The notes: generated by a model from the sequence alone, not told the origin. Numbered from the stretch's first letter, positions 37,848 through 46,346 are shown. The stretch: 57,949 bases of DNA from a bacterium (GCA_013204185.1 JABMOI010000189.1:1-57949), one strand, 5' to 3'. Numbers and translations are program-made.

Positions 37848-39200
37848 TTACTTCATAAAATCGGTCGCAGATGGAGAAACCATAGCGAGTTCGGAAGAAA
37901 GAATGGTTAAACCCATAATTGCGAGCGTAATTATCAAGGCCACAACCGTCTGAATGACTTCAATAACGGATTTTAGCTTTAGCGACGTTTCGTTTTCGTA
38001 GTAGTCTGCCATTTGGCGGGCACTGTTTCGCACATTTCCTGTTTCAGAACCACTTCTAAATCGCGCTAACGCCATCGAAGTGAATGCACCCGATGCTTCC
38101 ATAGCTTTGACTAGGTCGGCGCCTTGAGCCACCATCATGGGGATGGTGACGGTTTTTACTCGGTGCTCGATGTACCGATTTCCACTGGCTTCCGCAGCAA
38201 TCTTAATCACGGAAATGTTTTCTCCACTTCCAGAATAGAGCACGGCAAACACACGGCAGAAAATCTCAATATTTAGCTTGTGTAGAAGTCCACCAATAAT
38301 GGGAAGTCTAATCATGAATCGGTGTGTGAGAAAAACGCCTCTATTTGACCTCAAAAAGGCCATCACACCGCCAATAATTGAACCCGAGACCAGCAAAACA
38401 TAAAACCAGTTGTGATCCATCCACTTCGAAAAATCGAGCGTGCTTTGCGTCATAGGTGGAAGTTCCAAACCGAAATTTTCAAACAAACCAGCTGTTTGAG
38501 GGAATATGTACCAAATGTAGAAGACAAAGGCAGCCGACAACACCAACAAGGTGATAACCGGCGTAATCATAGCGCTTTTAATACTTTTCTTGAACTCGTT
38601 TTGGCGCTCTAAGAACCTGGCCGTTGCTTCGTATATCTCGGACATATTCCCTGTCTGAGAAGCAATACCTAGCATGTAGGCCGTAAACTTGCCCAGCATA
38701 TGTTGCTGCTTCATAAAGGCTTGTTGAGCTTCCATACCGCCTTTTAGGTCGGCGTTCAGATCTCGGATAACCTGTTTCAAGCTTTTGGAAGACACATCGT
38801 TAACGAGCAAATTCAGTACTTCGTCAAACGGCAGCTTTTCCTTGAGAAGGTTTGCAGAAAGCCGTACAAACATGATTAGGTCAGTCTGAGGCGGTTTTCT
38901 CTGAATATCAAATAGTACCTTCTGAATCTTGATGACTTCAAGACCCATTTTTGATAAAGCTGTCCGTAGTTCGTCTTCTGAAAATGCCTTTTGGCCGCCT
39001 TGGATTACCTTCCCGTTAAAGTGGCGAACTTTGTAGAGGTACGTGGAGCGCTGTTCAATACTTTCGGTACGGAAAGAATGCCGTTCCGCCAAGTCGCCAA
39101 CTCTTTTTTTGGCGGCCTGAGCGCTAGGAGCAAACACAGTCCCCTGGACGGGCTGTCCGACCTGGCTAATTCCGTTAAATCTAAATTCTTTAACTGCCAT
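37848..39200 (-). CDS. PilC/GspF-family (T2SS-F) platform protein
   Basis: 450 aa. Two T2SSF-like halves, each with cytoplasmic helices followed by TM segments. The N-terminus resembles the PilC N-terminal motif and appears twice. Confidence 0.88.
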   Translation of the reverse strand: MAVKEFRFNGISQVGQPVQGTVFAPSAQAAKKRVGDLAERHSFRTESIEQRSTYLYKVRHFNGKVIQGGQKAFSEDELRTALSKMGLEVIKIQKVLFDIQRKPPQTDLIMFVRLSANLLKEKLPFDEVLNLLVNDVSSKSLKQVIRDLNADLKGGMEAQQAFMKQQHMLGKFTAYMLGIASQTGNMSEIYEATARFLERQNEFKKSIKSAMITPVITLLVLSAAFVFYIWYIFPQTAGLFENFGLELPPMTQSTLDFSKWMDHNWFYVLLVSGSIIGGVMAFLRSNRGVFLTHRFMIRLPIIGGLLHKLNIEIFCRVFAVLYSGSGENISVIKIAAEASGNRYIEHRVKTVTIPMMVAQGADLVKAMEASGAFTSMALARFRSGSETGNVRNSARQMADYYENETSLKLKSVIEVIQTVVALIITLAIMGLTILSSELAMVSPSATDFMK

Positions 39201-39264
39201 GACTGTATTGTCCTTGAAAACTGTGTTGTGCTTTAAATTGTGAGCTCATTTCGGCGCTTTAGTG

Positions 39265-39675
39265 CTATTCAACAACGATTTCGCTATTGAAACTGATAAT
39301 CGTTGAATCGATCGTGTAGTTCGTCAAATAGGTCCTGGCGCCGATTTCTGGATAGCGACGGCTATTCCCACTAATCACTAGATTCGTGTTTGTAGCGCTC
39401 GTAATTTCATATTTGGCGTGGTGCGTTTCCGCATCCATAAACAGCTTTCTCATGCCATTCGTCTCTAGTCCAATGTATTTAGCATTGCCGCCGCTGTAAG
39501 GATCCAGCTTCGTTTTCCAAAAAACAGCTGAAGTCGCAATTTCCAAATTCCGACTTACGATGTTTTCTGATTCTGCCTGCCTCATTTTGTTTTGGAAGGC
39601 AACTATGCCTGCGACCACCGCACTTGCGGCAATGATCACACCCATAACAAGCAGAAGTAATTGTTGCTGTCCCAT
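39265..39675 (-). CDS. Pilin-like protein B (non-canonical, starts MGQQQLLLLV)
   Basis: 136 aa. N-terminal hydrophobic helix, an amphipathic helix and a beta-rich tail. Paralogue of 39869..40315. An in-frame stop lies 11 codons upstream with no alternative start. Confidence 0.55.
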   Translation of the reverse strand: MGQQQLLLLVMGVIIAASAVVAGIVAFQNKMRQAESENIVSRNLEIATSAVFWKTKLDPYSGGNAKYIGLETNGMRKLFMDAETHHAKYEITSATNTNLVISGNSRRYPEIGARTYLTNYTIDSTIISFNSEIVVE

Positions 39676-39772
39676 CGCATTTTGAGGTCTAGTGTATCTG
39701 AGGAAAGTTTAGTCCTCCAGATAATCTGAGTATCGGCTGTGATGAAGCTTCCTTAACAAGATGAGACCGAAT

Positions 39773-39813
39773 AAAAAAAGCTCGGGGAGGCTGCGTTTGC
39801 AGCCTCCCCGAGC
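39773..39813 (-). terminator. Strong rho-independent terminator after pilin-like gene A
   Basis: Perfect 15-bp stem gctcggggaggctgc (39780..39794) with gcagcctccccgagc (39799..39813), a 4-nt loop, and T7 on the minus strand (39779..39773). It lies 56 nt past the stop at 39869. Confidence 0.85.
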
Positions 39814-39868
39814 TTAAATCCTACTTCAGTCTGTGACGTTAGGTCACATAAGAAGTATTCCTATTCGT

Positions 39869-40315
39869 CTACTGATTGATCTCAGTTGTGATATCACCAG
39901 GAGTCGTACCGGCAACGGTCAGAACTACTGTGTTCATCACGGTCGTTCCGTCTGTTCCATAGGACGTCGCGGTGATTTCAAGATCGGTGCCTGAGGCGTC
40001 CAAAACGAAAACACCGTTTAGGTTTTCGTAATCGTCGTCGCCAGCTGTGGCTGCAGTCAGAGCGGTGTCACCAACTGTGTAGCCAATCTGACCGAAGTTC
40101 AAACCAGTCCAATCTGCTGCACTAGCGCCGCCACCAAATGCACCTGGTTTTAGTTTCCATGCTTGAGCGTCGGAAGCGACACGGATTGCATCGTTAACCA
40201 GAGCGTCTGCATTAGCTTTTTTCTGGTTTTCTGAAAATGCCTGGATACCAACTACGACGGCCAAGCCGACGATAACGATACCTAGTACGAGAAGAAGTAA
40301 TTGCTGTTGACCCAT
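39869..40315 (-). CDS. Pilin-like protein A (candidate major subunit, starts MGQQQLLLLV)
   Basis: 148 aa. Hydrophobic N-terminal helix, an amphipathic stretch (ANADALVNDAIRVASDAQAWKLKP) and a Gly/Thr/Asp-rich Cys-free C-terminus. Strong SD. An in-frame stop lies 8 codons upstream. Confidence 0.6.
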   Translation of the reverse strand: MGQQQLLLLVLGIVIVGLAVVVGIQAFSENQKKANADALVNDAIRVASDAQAWKLKPGAFGGGASAADWTGLNFGQIGYTVGDTALTAATAGDDDYENLNGVFVLDASGTDLEITATSYGTDGTTVMNTVVLTVAGTTPGDITTEINQ

Positions 40316-40322
40316 TTGGGAA

Positions 40323-40329
40323 CCTCCTT
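40323..40329 (-). promoter_or_regulatory. Shine-Dalgarno AAGGAGG for pilin-like gene A
   Basis: The minus strand reads AAGGAGG, then 7 nt, then ATG (40315). Confidence 0.6.
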
Positions 40330-40562
40330 GGTTGTTTGGTTAGGTCTGTATTGTTTAGTCGAACGCACTTCATTCGGAATTTCGTTCTGAATGCGGTATC
40401 GTCGGCGCGAGATCAGTCTTAAGAAAATGCAGTGTGAAGCTTTCGTGAAGCACCGGGCGCGGGTTGCCTTTTCTAATCAATATCCACGCAACACCTGCGA
40501 AATCGCGGCGTACACTTATATGTAGCGTGTTTTATTTGATTAAATAGGAAAAGGTTGGTGTC

Positions 40563-40880
40563 ATGGTAGACAAAGAAAAAGTCCGCGTCACGATTGAAGA
40601 AATGAAAGTAAAGGGCGGCCACCTAGTAGATAAGGTGAAAGAAGTCATTGAAGAGGGTAACGCGCGTCGTCTCTTAATTAAGAAAGATCAACGTACCCTA
40701 TTGGAGATTCCGTTGTCAGTTGGAGTAGGTGGCGCCACCGCTGCTGTATTCCTCCTCCCTACGTTAGCAGCCGTTGGCGCATTGGCAGCTCTAGTCTCAG
40801 ATGTTACGATTGTAATTGAGCGAGAAGAAGCGCATGTGACCGATGTCGAAGTCGAAGAAGTGACTTCCGATAAAAAATGA
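40563..40880 (+). CDS. DUF4342-like protein
   Basis: 105 aa. GGHLVDKVKEVIEEGNARRLLIKKDQRTLLEIPLSVGVGGATAAVFLLPTLAAVGALAAL matches my recollection of DUF4342. Confidence 0.65.
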   Translation: MVDKEKVRVTIEEMKVKGGHLVDKVKEVIEEGNARRLLIKKDQRTLLEIPLSVGVGGATAAVFLLPTLAAVGALAALVSDVTIVIEREEAHVTDVEVEEVTSDKK

Positions 40881-40955
40881 GTTTATCTTGCAGGAAGACA
40901 TTCTAGTATATACCCACTGATTTTATTGAGTCGGTGGCTTAGATAAATCCTACCG

Positions 40956-41975
40956 ATGATTCAACAAAATGGACAGGAGCGTGCGATGGATGAAAACACA
41001 TCGTATGCTCCTGTTGTCTTTAGTGACATTCTTTCCGCGGCCGAACGGATCGCAGGAAAAGCGCATCAAACTCAGATTGCCACCTCGCAATCAATTGATA
41101 CGGCAAGCGGCGCCACCGTATTTATAAAGCCTGAAAATTTTCAGCGGACGGGGGCTTTCAAATTTAGAGGCGCATACAATGCAATGAGCCGCCTCTCCCC
41201 TGCTGAACAAGCAGCAGGCGTTTTGACCTTTTCATCCGGAAACCACGCCCAAGCGATCGCTCTGTCCGGACGTTTGTTAGGTATAAGGACTACTATTATA
41301 ATGCCAGACGATGCGCCACTGGTAAAGAAGCAGGCAACAGAAGCCTACGGCGCTGAAATCATTAGCTACGACAAACATGTGGTGAGTCGCGAAGAACTAG
41401 CGACTCGGATTGCGCAGGAACGACAGCTTACCCTCATCCCACCCTACGACCATCCCCACGTGGTAGCTGGTCAAGGCACTGTTGGCCTTGAGCTTATGCA
41501 GGGCGTTTCAAATCTAGACTTCCTATTTGTGCCGTGCGGAGGTGGAGGGTTGCTTTCAGGATGTGCTATCGCAGCTAAAGCCCTTCAACCAGCGTGTCAT
41601 GTCGTGGGTGTTGAACCCGCCACGGCCGACGACGCCACCCGAAGTTTCTACTCAGGAACGCTTCAGACCGTTACCAATCCAGACACGATTGCCGATGGCG
41701 CGCGAACTCCTTACTTGGGCAAGATCACGTTTCCATTGGTCAGAACACATGTCGATTCCATGATTACGGTCGAGGACAGCGAAATAGTGGATGCCATGAA
41801 GCTGCTTTGGAATCGAACCAAAATGATTATCGAGCCAACCGGAGCCATGTCTCTCGCAGGCGTTCTAAGTGGGAAAATGGATGTAAAGGGATGCCGAGTT
41901 GGAGTGGTCTTGAGCGGCGGGAATGTAGATTTAATTTCGGCCCTATCCTTATTCAGCATGCACCATAAAGCATAG
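40956..41975 (+). CDS. PLP-dependent threonine/serine dehydratase (serine racemase-like)
   Basis: PLP-lysine motif ENFQRTGAFKFRGAYN and glycine loop VPCGGGGLLSG. An alternative start lies at 40986. Confidence 0.85.
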   Translation: MIQQNGQERAMDENTSYAPVVFSDILSAAERIAGKAHQTQIATSQSIDTASGATVFIKPENFQRTGAFKFRGAYNAMSRLSPAEQAAGVLTFSSGNHAQAIALSGRLLGIRTTIIMPDDAPLVKKQATEAYGAEIISYDKHVVSREELATRIAQERQLTLIPPYDHPHVVAGQGTVGLELMQGVSNLDFLFVPCGGGGLLSGCAIAAKALQPACHVVGVEPATADDATRSFYSGTLQTVTNPDTIADGARTPYLGKITFPLVRTHVDSMITVEDSEIVDAMKLLWNRTKMIIEPTGAMSLAGVLSGKMDVKGCRVGVVLSGGNVDLISALSLFSMHHKA

Positions 41976-41992
41976 CCCATGAAGCTTAACCT

Positions 41993-42787
41993 GTGAAGCA
42001 TAGCCAAGACCAGATTCATGCCTTTCGGGCCTATCTAGATCCGATCGTGGAGCGTTTTGAATCGGTCGATTTTATCAAAGACGACCCCATTTCGATTCCT
42101 CATGGATTCGAGAATCCTGAGGACAAAGCGCTTATCGGTTTGTTTGCCGCCCTCTTGGCGTGGGGAAGGCGCGACATTATGATGTCTAAATTGGCTGACT
42201 TGTGTGAACGAATGGCGTTCAAACCGAGCCATTTCATCCACTCTTACAAACCAGCCACGCACAGAAACGCGCTTTCCGGGTTCGTACACCGGACGTTCAA
42301 CGAGCAGGACGCTGAAGGATTAGTCTTGTCCTTACAATCGTTGACCAAGCGGCGTTCGTTGGAGTCGGTCTTCGTATCTGGGATGAAAGCGAACGCCCCC
42401 ATTGAAAGCGGCATTCAGAACTTTTCCGAACACTTATTCAGCCATGTACCGGGGCAGCCAAAGCGAATTCAAAAGCACTTGGCTCGGCCATCAGCGGGTT
42501 CGGCCTGCAAACGCTTAAATATGTTCTTGCGATGGATGGTACGGCCGGGACCTGTGGATCTAGCCCTTTGGACCAACATAGATCCATCCGTGCTTATGCT
42601 ACCGCTCGACGTTCATTCTGGAACCCAGGCGAGACGCGTGGGGCTTCTCTCTCGTCCTGCTAACGACTGGAAGGCTGTCCTTGAACTCAGTGACACGTGC
42701 CGCAGGTTATCCCCGGAGGATCCCTCCCGCTATGACTTCGCTCTCTTTGGAACGGGAGCCGCGGGTGAAAACCTTATTTCGCTCTAA
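41993..42787 (+). CDS. TIGR02757 (DUF2400) family protein
   Basis: GTG start. DPISIPHGFENPEDKALIGLFAALLAWGRR and LMLPLDVHSG are typical of this family as I recall it. Confidence 0.65.
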   Translation: MKHSQDQIHAFRAYLDPIVERFESVDFIKDDPISIPHGFENPEDKALIGLFAALLAWGRRDIMMSKLADLCERMAFKPSHFIHSYKPATHRNALSGFVHRTFNEQDAEGLVLSLQSLTKRRSLESVFVSGMKANAPIESGIQNFSEHLFSHVPGQPKRIQKHLARPSAGSACKRLNMFLRWMVRPGPVDLALWTNIDPSVLMLPLDVHSGTQARRVGLLSRPANDWKAVLELSDTCRRLSPEDPSRYDFALFGTGAAGENLISL

Positions 42788-43339
42788 CTAAAGCGTTGAG
42801 CGATCCGCCACATGCGTTCCAATGGCATGATAAGCGCGCTGATGGTACACAATAGGCCTGGCCGCCGCCTTGCCCTCTTCCTCCGTGCCCTCTTCCATTC
42901 CCTCAACACAGCCTAGGATGATGGAGTGGTCTCCTCCGTCGTACACAACGGTTGTACGGCAATCAAAACGCACCAAATAGGCAGACAGGGATGGCAAGCC
43001 ATGAGGACCTTCTGAAATGACTCCTGGCAGCATCTGCTCTTTTGTGCTCAGTTCCGCAACCGCAAACTGATCAGAAATGGCAGCTTGGTCGTCGCGCAGC
43101 ACATGAACCAAGAATCGATCCGCCTTTACAAGACGGTCGTGGATGGTCGAATCCTTCTGGACGTTGAAGCAAATGAGCGGCGGCTCTAGCGAAAGAGATA
43201 CAAACGACCCAATGGTCAGCCCAATTGGGCCATCCACAGCATCGTGGGTAACAACCGTTACCACTGTAGGTACATGTCGCATGCCTCTCCTGAACTGATC
43301 GGGACTTACAGGCGCGCTGGTTTCCTTGTTCATGGTCAA
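42788..43339 (-). CDS. Flavin reductase family protein
   Basis: FRRGMRHVPTVVTVVT...GLTIGSFVSLSLEPPLICFNV, the split-barrel flavin reductase pattern. Confidence 0.8.
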   Translation of the reverse strand: MTMNKETSAPVSPDQFRRGMRHVPTVVTVVTHDAVDGPIGLTIGSFVSLSLEPPLICFNVQKDSTIHDRLVKADRFLVHVLRDDQAAISDQFAVAELSTKEQMLPGVISEGPHGLPSLSAYLVRFDCRTTVVYDGGDHSIILGCVEGMEEGTEEEGKAAARPIVYHQRAYHAIGTHVADRSTL

Positions 43340-43344
43340 CGGAT

Positions 43345-44508
43345 TTAAGAAAAGACGTCCTTAACTCTAGAAAAGAACGATTTTCGATCTCCCAACGATT
43401 CGGGATTAGGTTTGAAGGAAGGCGAATCGCGCAGTTTTTCCATCAATTCAGCCTCCTCATCAGTTAGAACGGTAGGAGTCCATACATGGATTCGCACCAT
43501 CTGATCCCCCCTTCTATTGGATTCGATATCCGGCAGCCCTCGCTCACGCATGCGAAGAATTTTTCCCGATTGAACACCAGGATCTACTTGAAGGCGTGCT
43601 TTCCCTTTGAGTGTCGGTACTTCAGCCTCCATTCCGAGCGCGGCATCTGGAATCGAAAGATGTAGCTCGTGAAAAATGTCCAGGCCTTCCCGCGTAAAGT
43701 ATTCATGCGCCTTTTCTTCGATCTCAACTCTCAAATCGCCAGAGGGTCCTCCACGCATGCCTGCATTCCCAGCGCCGCGAAGGGTTAAATAATGACCTTC
43801 GAGTACGCCTGCAGGAACAGTAATGTTAATGGTTTCCTCGCCCTTATTCCGGCCTTCTCCAGAGCAGGATTCGCACGGCTTTTTAACGATCCGACCTTCT
43901 CCTCTACACGTGGGGCATGGCTGAACGTTTACAAACTGCCCGAAAACAGATCGGGTTACTTGTCTGACTTCGCCCTGTCCCTGACAGGTTTTGCACGATT
44001 CGTACCCCGTTGCTGGATCCGAAACGCCATGTCCTTCGCACACCTCGCACGAAACGAACTTTCGGACCTTAATTTTCTTCTCGGTCCCTTCTGCAATTTC
44101 TTCGAGAGCTAAAGGAAGCTTAATTCTGAGGTCAGATCCTGGCCGGCCCAGTCTACGGCCACGTTGTCCACCTGCACGGCCCCCGAACATCTCGTCGAAA
44201 ATGCTCCCACCGCTTCCGAAAATATCACTGAACGCACTGAAAATATCATTGATGTCTTGAAATCCAGCAGCTCCTCCACCCGGATTGCCTTTCATTCCGG
44301 CGTGTCCAAACTGATCGTAGCGCTGACGCTTCGCTGGATCCGAAAGCACTTCATATGCCTGGGCAGCTTCTTTGAAGTTGTCTTCAGCAGCTTTGTCACC
44401 CGGATTTCTATCTGGATGATACTTCAAGGCCGCTTTGCGGTACGCTTTTTTGATTTCGTCCGCGGAAGCGTTCTTCTCGACGCCAATAATCTCGTAATAA
44501 TCTCTCAT
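43345..44508 (-). CDS. dnaJ: Molecular chaperone DnaJ
   Basis: ATG at 44508 (MRDYYEIIGV). J-domain HPD, G/F-rich linker and four CxxCxGxG repeats (CEVCEGHG, CKTCQGQG, CPTCRGEG, CESCSGEG). Confidence 0.96.
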   Translation of the reverse strand: MRDYYEIIGVEKNASADEIKKAYRKAALKYHPDRNPGDKAAEDNFKEAAQAYEVLSDPAKRQRYDQFGHAGMKGNPGGGAAGFQDINDIFSAFSDIFGSGGSIFDEMFGGRAGGQRGRRLGRPGSDLRIKLPLALEEIAEGTEKKIKVRKFVSCEVCEGHGVSDPATGYESCKTCQGQGEVRQVTRSVFGQFVNVQPCPTCRGEGRIVKKPCESCSGEGRNKGEETINITVPAGVLEGHYLTLRGAGNAGMRGGPSGDLRVEIEEKAHEYFTREGLDIFHELHLSIPDAALGMEAEVPTLKGKARLQVDPGVQSGKILRMRERGLPDIESNRRGDQMVRIHVWTPTVLTDEEAELMEKLRDSPSFKPNPESLGDRKSFFSRVKDVFS

Positions 44509-44568
44509 GCTCTGCTGGTATAATCTATGCCGAACGGCGTGTGCCAATTCGTTTTTGGCCGATGCGAT

Positions 44569-45192
44569 TTAGGCTGAAACGATGACGCGAGCGTGACGCA
44601 GCACCTTGTCGCCCATACGGAAACCCCGCTGAAGTTCTGAAATCACGATGCCTGCTTCTTGCCCTTCTTCTGCTGGCTGCTGCATCAATGCTTCATGCTC
44701 GGCTTCGTTAAATGGCTGTCCCAGTGTTTCCATCACGGTCACATTGAGTTTGGACAGTTCCTTCATCAATTTCTGATAGACCAGCTCTACGCCACTTTTG
44801 AGGGAAAGGTACGCCGGAGACAAATCGCCCTCGGTCTCGGCCTCAGCCTGATTGGTGGCTTCAAGAGACCGGTAAAAATCGTCAACCACATCCAATAACG
44901 TTTGAATGACGATGCTTTTGCCTAGAGAAACCGCTTGCGACTTCTCCTGCTCTGTTCTCCTGCGGTAGTTTTGAAACTCAGCAGCCTGACGTTTTAACTG
45001 ATCGGTGGATTGTTCTAACTCTTCTTTGAGCTTTTCAATTTCAAGGCCCCGATCCGCTAATTCATCGATCGCTTGAATCACATGATCCCGCTCGTCTTCA
45101 TCCAACAAATCGTCGGTTGAATCTACATTCGAATGATCGTTTGGAGATTGCATAGCGAGGTCTTTAGCTTGGTTTTTACGTTTGGACGCCAT
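44569..45192 (-). CDS. grpE: Nucleotide exchange factor GrpE
   Basis: Acidic N-terminus, a long helix (EFQNYRRRTEQEK) and a C-terminal beta domain (GFRMGDKVLRHARV). Confidence 0.93.
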   Translation of the reverse strand: MASKRKNQAKDLAMQSPNDHSNVDSTDDLLDEDERDHVIQAIDELADRGLEIEKLKEELEQSTDQLKRQAAEFQNYRRRTEQEKSQAVSLGKSIVIQTLLDVVDDFYRSLEATNQAEAETEGDLSPAYLSLKSGVELVYQKLMKELSKLNVTVMETLGQPFNEAEHEALMQQPAEEGQEAGIVISELQRGFRMGDKVLRHARVIVSA

Positions 45193-45242
45193 AATTACTC
45201 AATAATAAACGGTCAGCCTGTCTCTTTAGGCAAACCTGTCTT

Positions 45243-46346
45243 TTAGGCAAAATGTTCTGGGGACGACGGTGCACTCATTAAGGTGGACATGCCCTCAACC
45301 AGCGCAACGGCTCTGGCATAATTCATTCGAGTCGGTCCAATGAGGCCGACGATACCTTGCAAATTGCTGCGCGTGTATGGAGCTGTTACAATGGATAGCT
45401 TGCCGGACGAGAAATGCCCCAGCTCAATCCCAATTCGGATGGATGTCTGGCCTTGGGTGCCATAAATGGTTTCTTTGTGATGGGATTCGCCGTTCACATC
45501 GCGCTCAATAAGCTTTACCATGGACATCCCATCATCCAAAAGCTCAATCAGTTCTCGCATCGGCGCCGACTCCGAAAACTCGGGCTGCGCCAAAATGTGG
45601 GTTGTACCATCGAGCTGCACCATTCTGGATTCCGGGGTTTCGCTGAAAAGATCCGCCGACCGATTCACAACAAGACGAATAATGCCGGTCTCTTCTTCGG
45701 TTAAATCTTGAAAACGAGGTACACACGTGCGGCGAATTTCATCCAATGTGAGTCCTGCGAGGCGCTCATTTAGTAGCGCTACGAGAGCGTCTAGCTGCGA
45801 ACGTCTGAGCTCAACGGCAACCTGCATCAAAATGGTTCGGATGAACCCGCCTTTGACACTGATCACGAACATGACCGTTTCGGAAGAGATTTGAACGATT
45901 TCTAACCTCTCGAGGACGCCGTTATTAATCTGCGGACTAAGTACCACGCCCAAGAGCCGCGCCAAACGCGACAACAACTTGGAGCTTTCCCGAATCAAGG
46001 CCTGCGTGTCCTGCATGGCCGACAGCATCTCTCGCTGCATCATGAGCTGTTCTTCGTTCGATATCACAGCTGTTTCCATGAGCTCGCTGACGAATGCTTG
46101 GTAACCCAACTTAGTAGGTATGCGGCCGGCAGAGGTAAACGGATGGCTAAGCAGCCCGAGCGTTTCCAATTCACTCATTTCGTTCCGAATAGTAGCCGGA
46201 CTCATTGCCAAGTTATACCGCTTCTTCAACCAACTCGAACCGATGGGCCCAGCACTTTCAACGTGACTTTTTACCACCAGGCGCAAAACAGAGCGCTGCC
46301 TGAGAGTAAGCCGTCTAAGAATCAAGGATGGATCGTTGGATAACAT
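45243..46346 (-). CDS. hrcA: Heat-inducible transcriptional repressor HrcA
   Basis: ATG at 46346. LTLRQRSVLRLVVKSHVESAGPIGSSWL...SPATIRNEMSELETLGLLSHPFTSAGRIPT is the HrcA winged-helix signature. First gene of the hrcA-grpE-dnaJ block. Confidence 0.9.
   Translation of the reverse strand: MLSNDPSLILRRLTLRQRSVLRLVVKSHVESAGPIGSSWLKKRYNLAMSPATIRNEMSELETLGLLSHPFTSAGRIPTKLGYQAFVSELMETAVISNEEQLMMQREMLSAMQDTQALIRESSKLLSRLARLLGVVLSPQINNGVLERLEIVQISSETVMFVISVKGGFIRTILMQVAVELRRSQLDALVALLNERLAGLTLDEIRRTCVPRFQDLTEEETGIIRLVVNRSADLFSETPESRMVQLDGTTHILAQPEFSESAPMRELIELLDDGMSMVKLIERDVNGESHHKETIYGTQGQTSIRIGIELGHFSSGKLSIVTAPYTRSNLQGIVGLIGPTRMNYARAVALVEGMSTLMSAPSSPEHFA

Noticed and set aside
40316-40562. Search for a sigma-54 promoter (TGGCAC-N5-TTGC) upstream of pilin-like gene A, as found for many pilin genes.
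   Set aside because: By eye, no GG/GC pair with the correct 12-nt phasing appears on the minus strand. A GGCGCGGGTTGCC stretch on the plus strand has the wrong spacing. This was not a formal scan.
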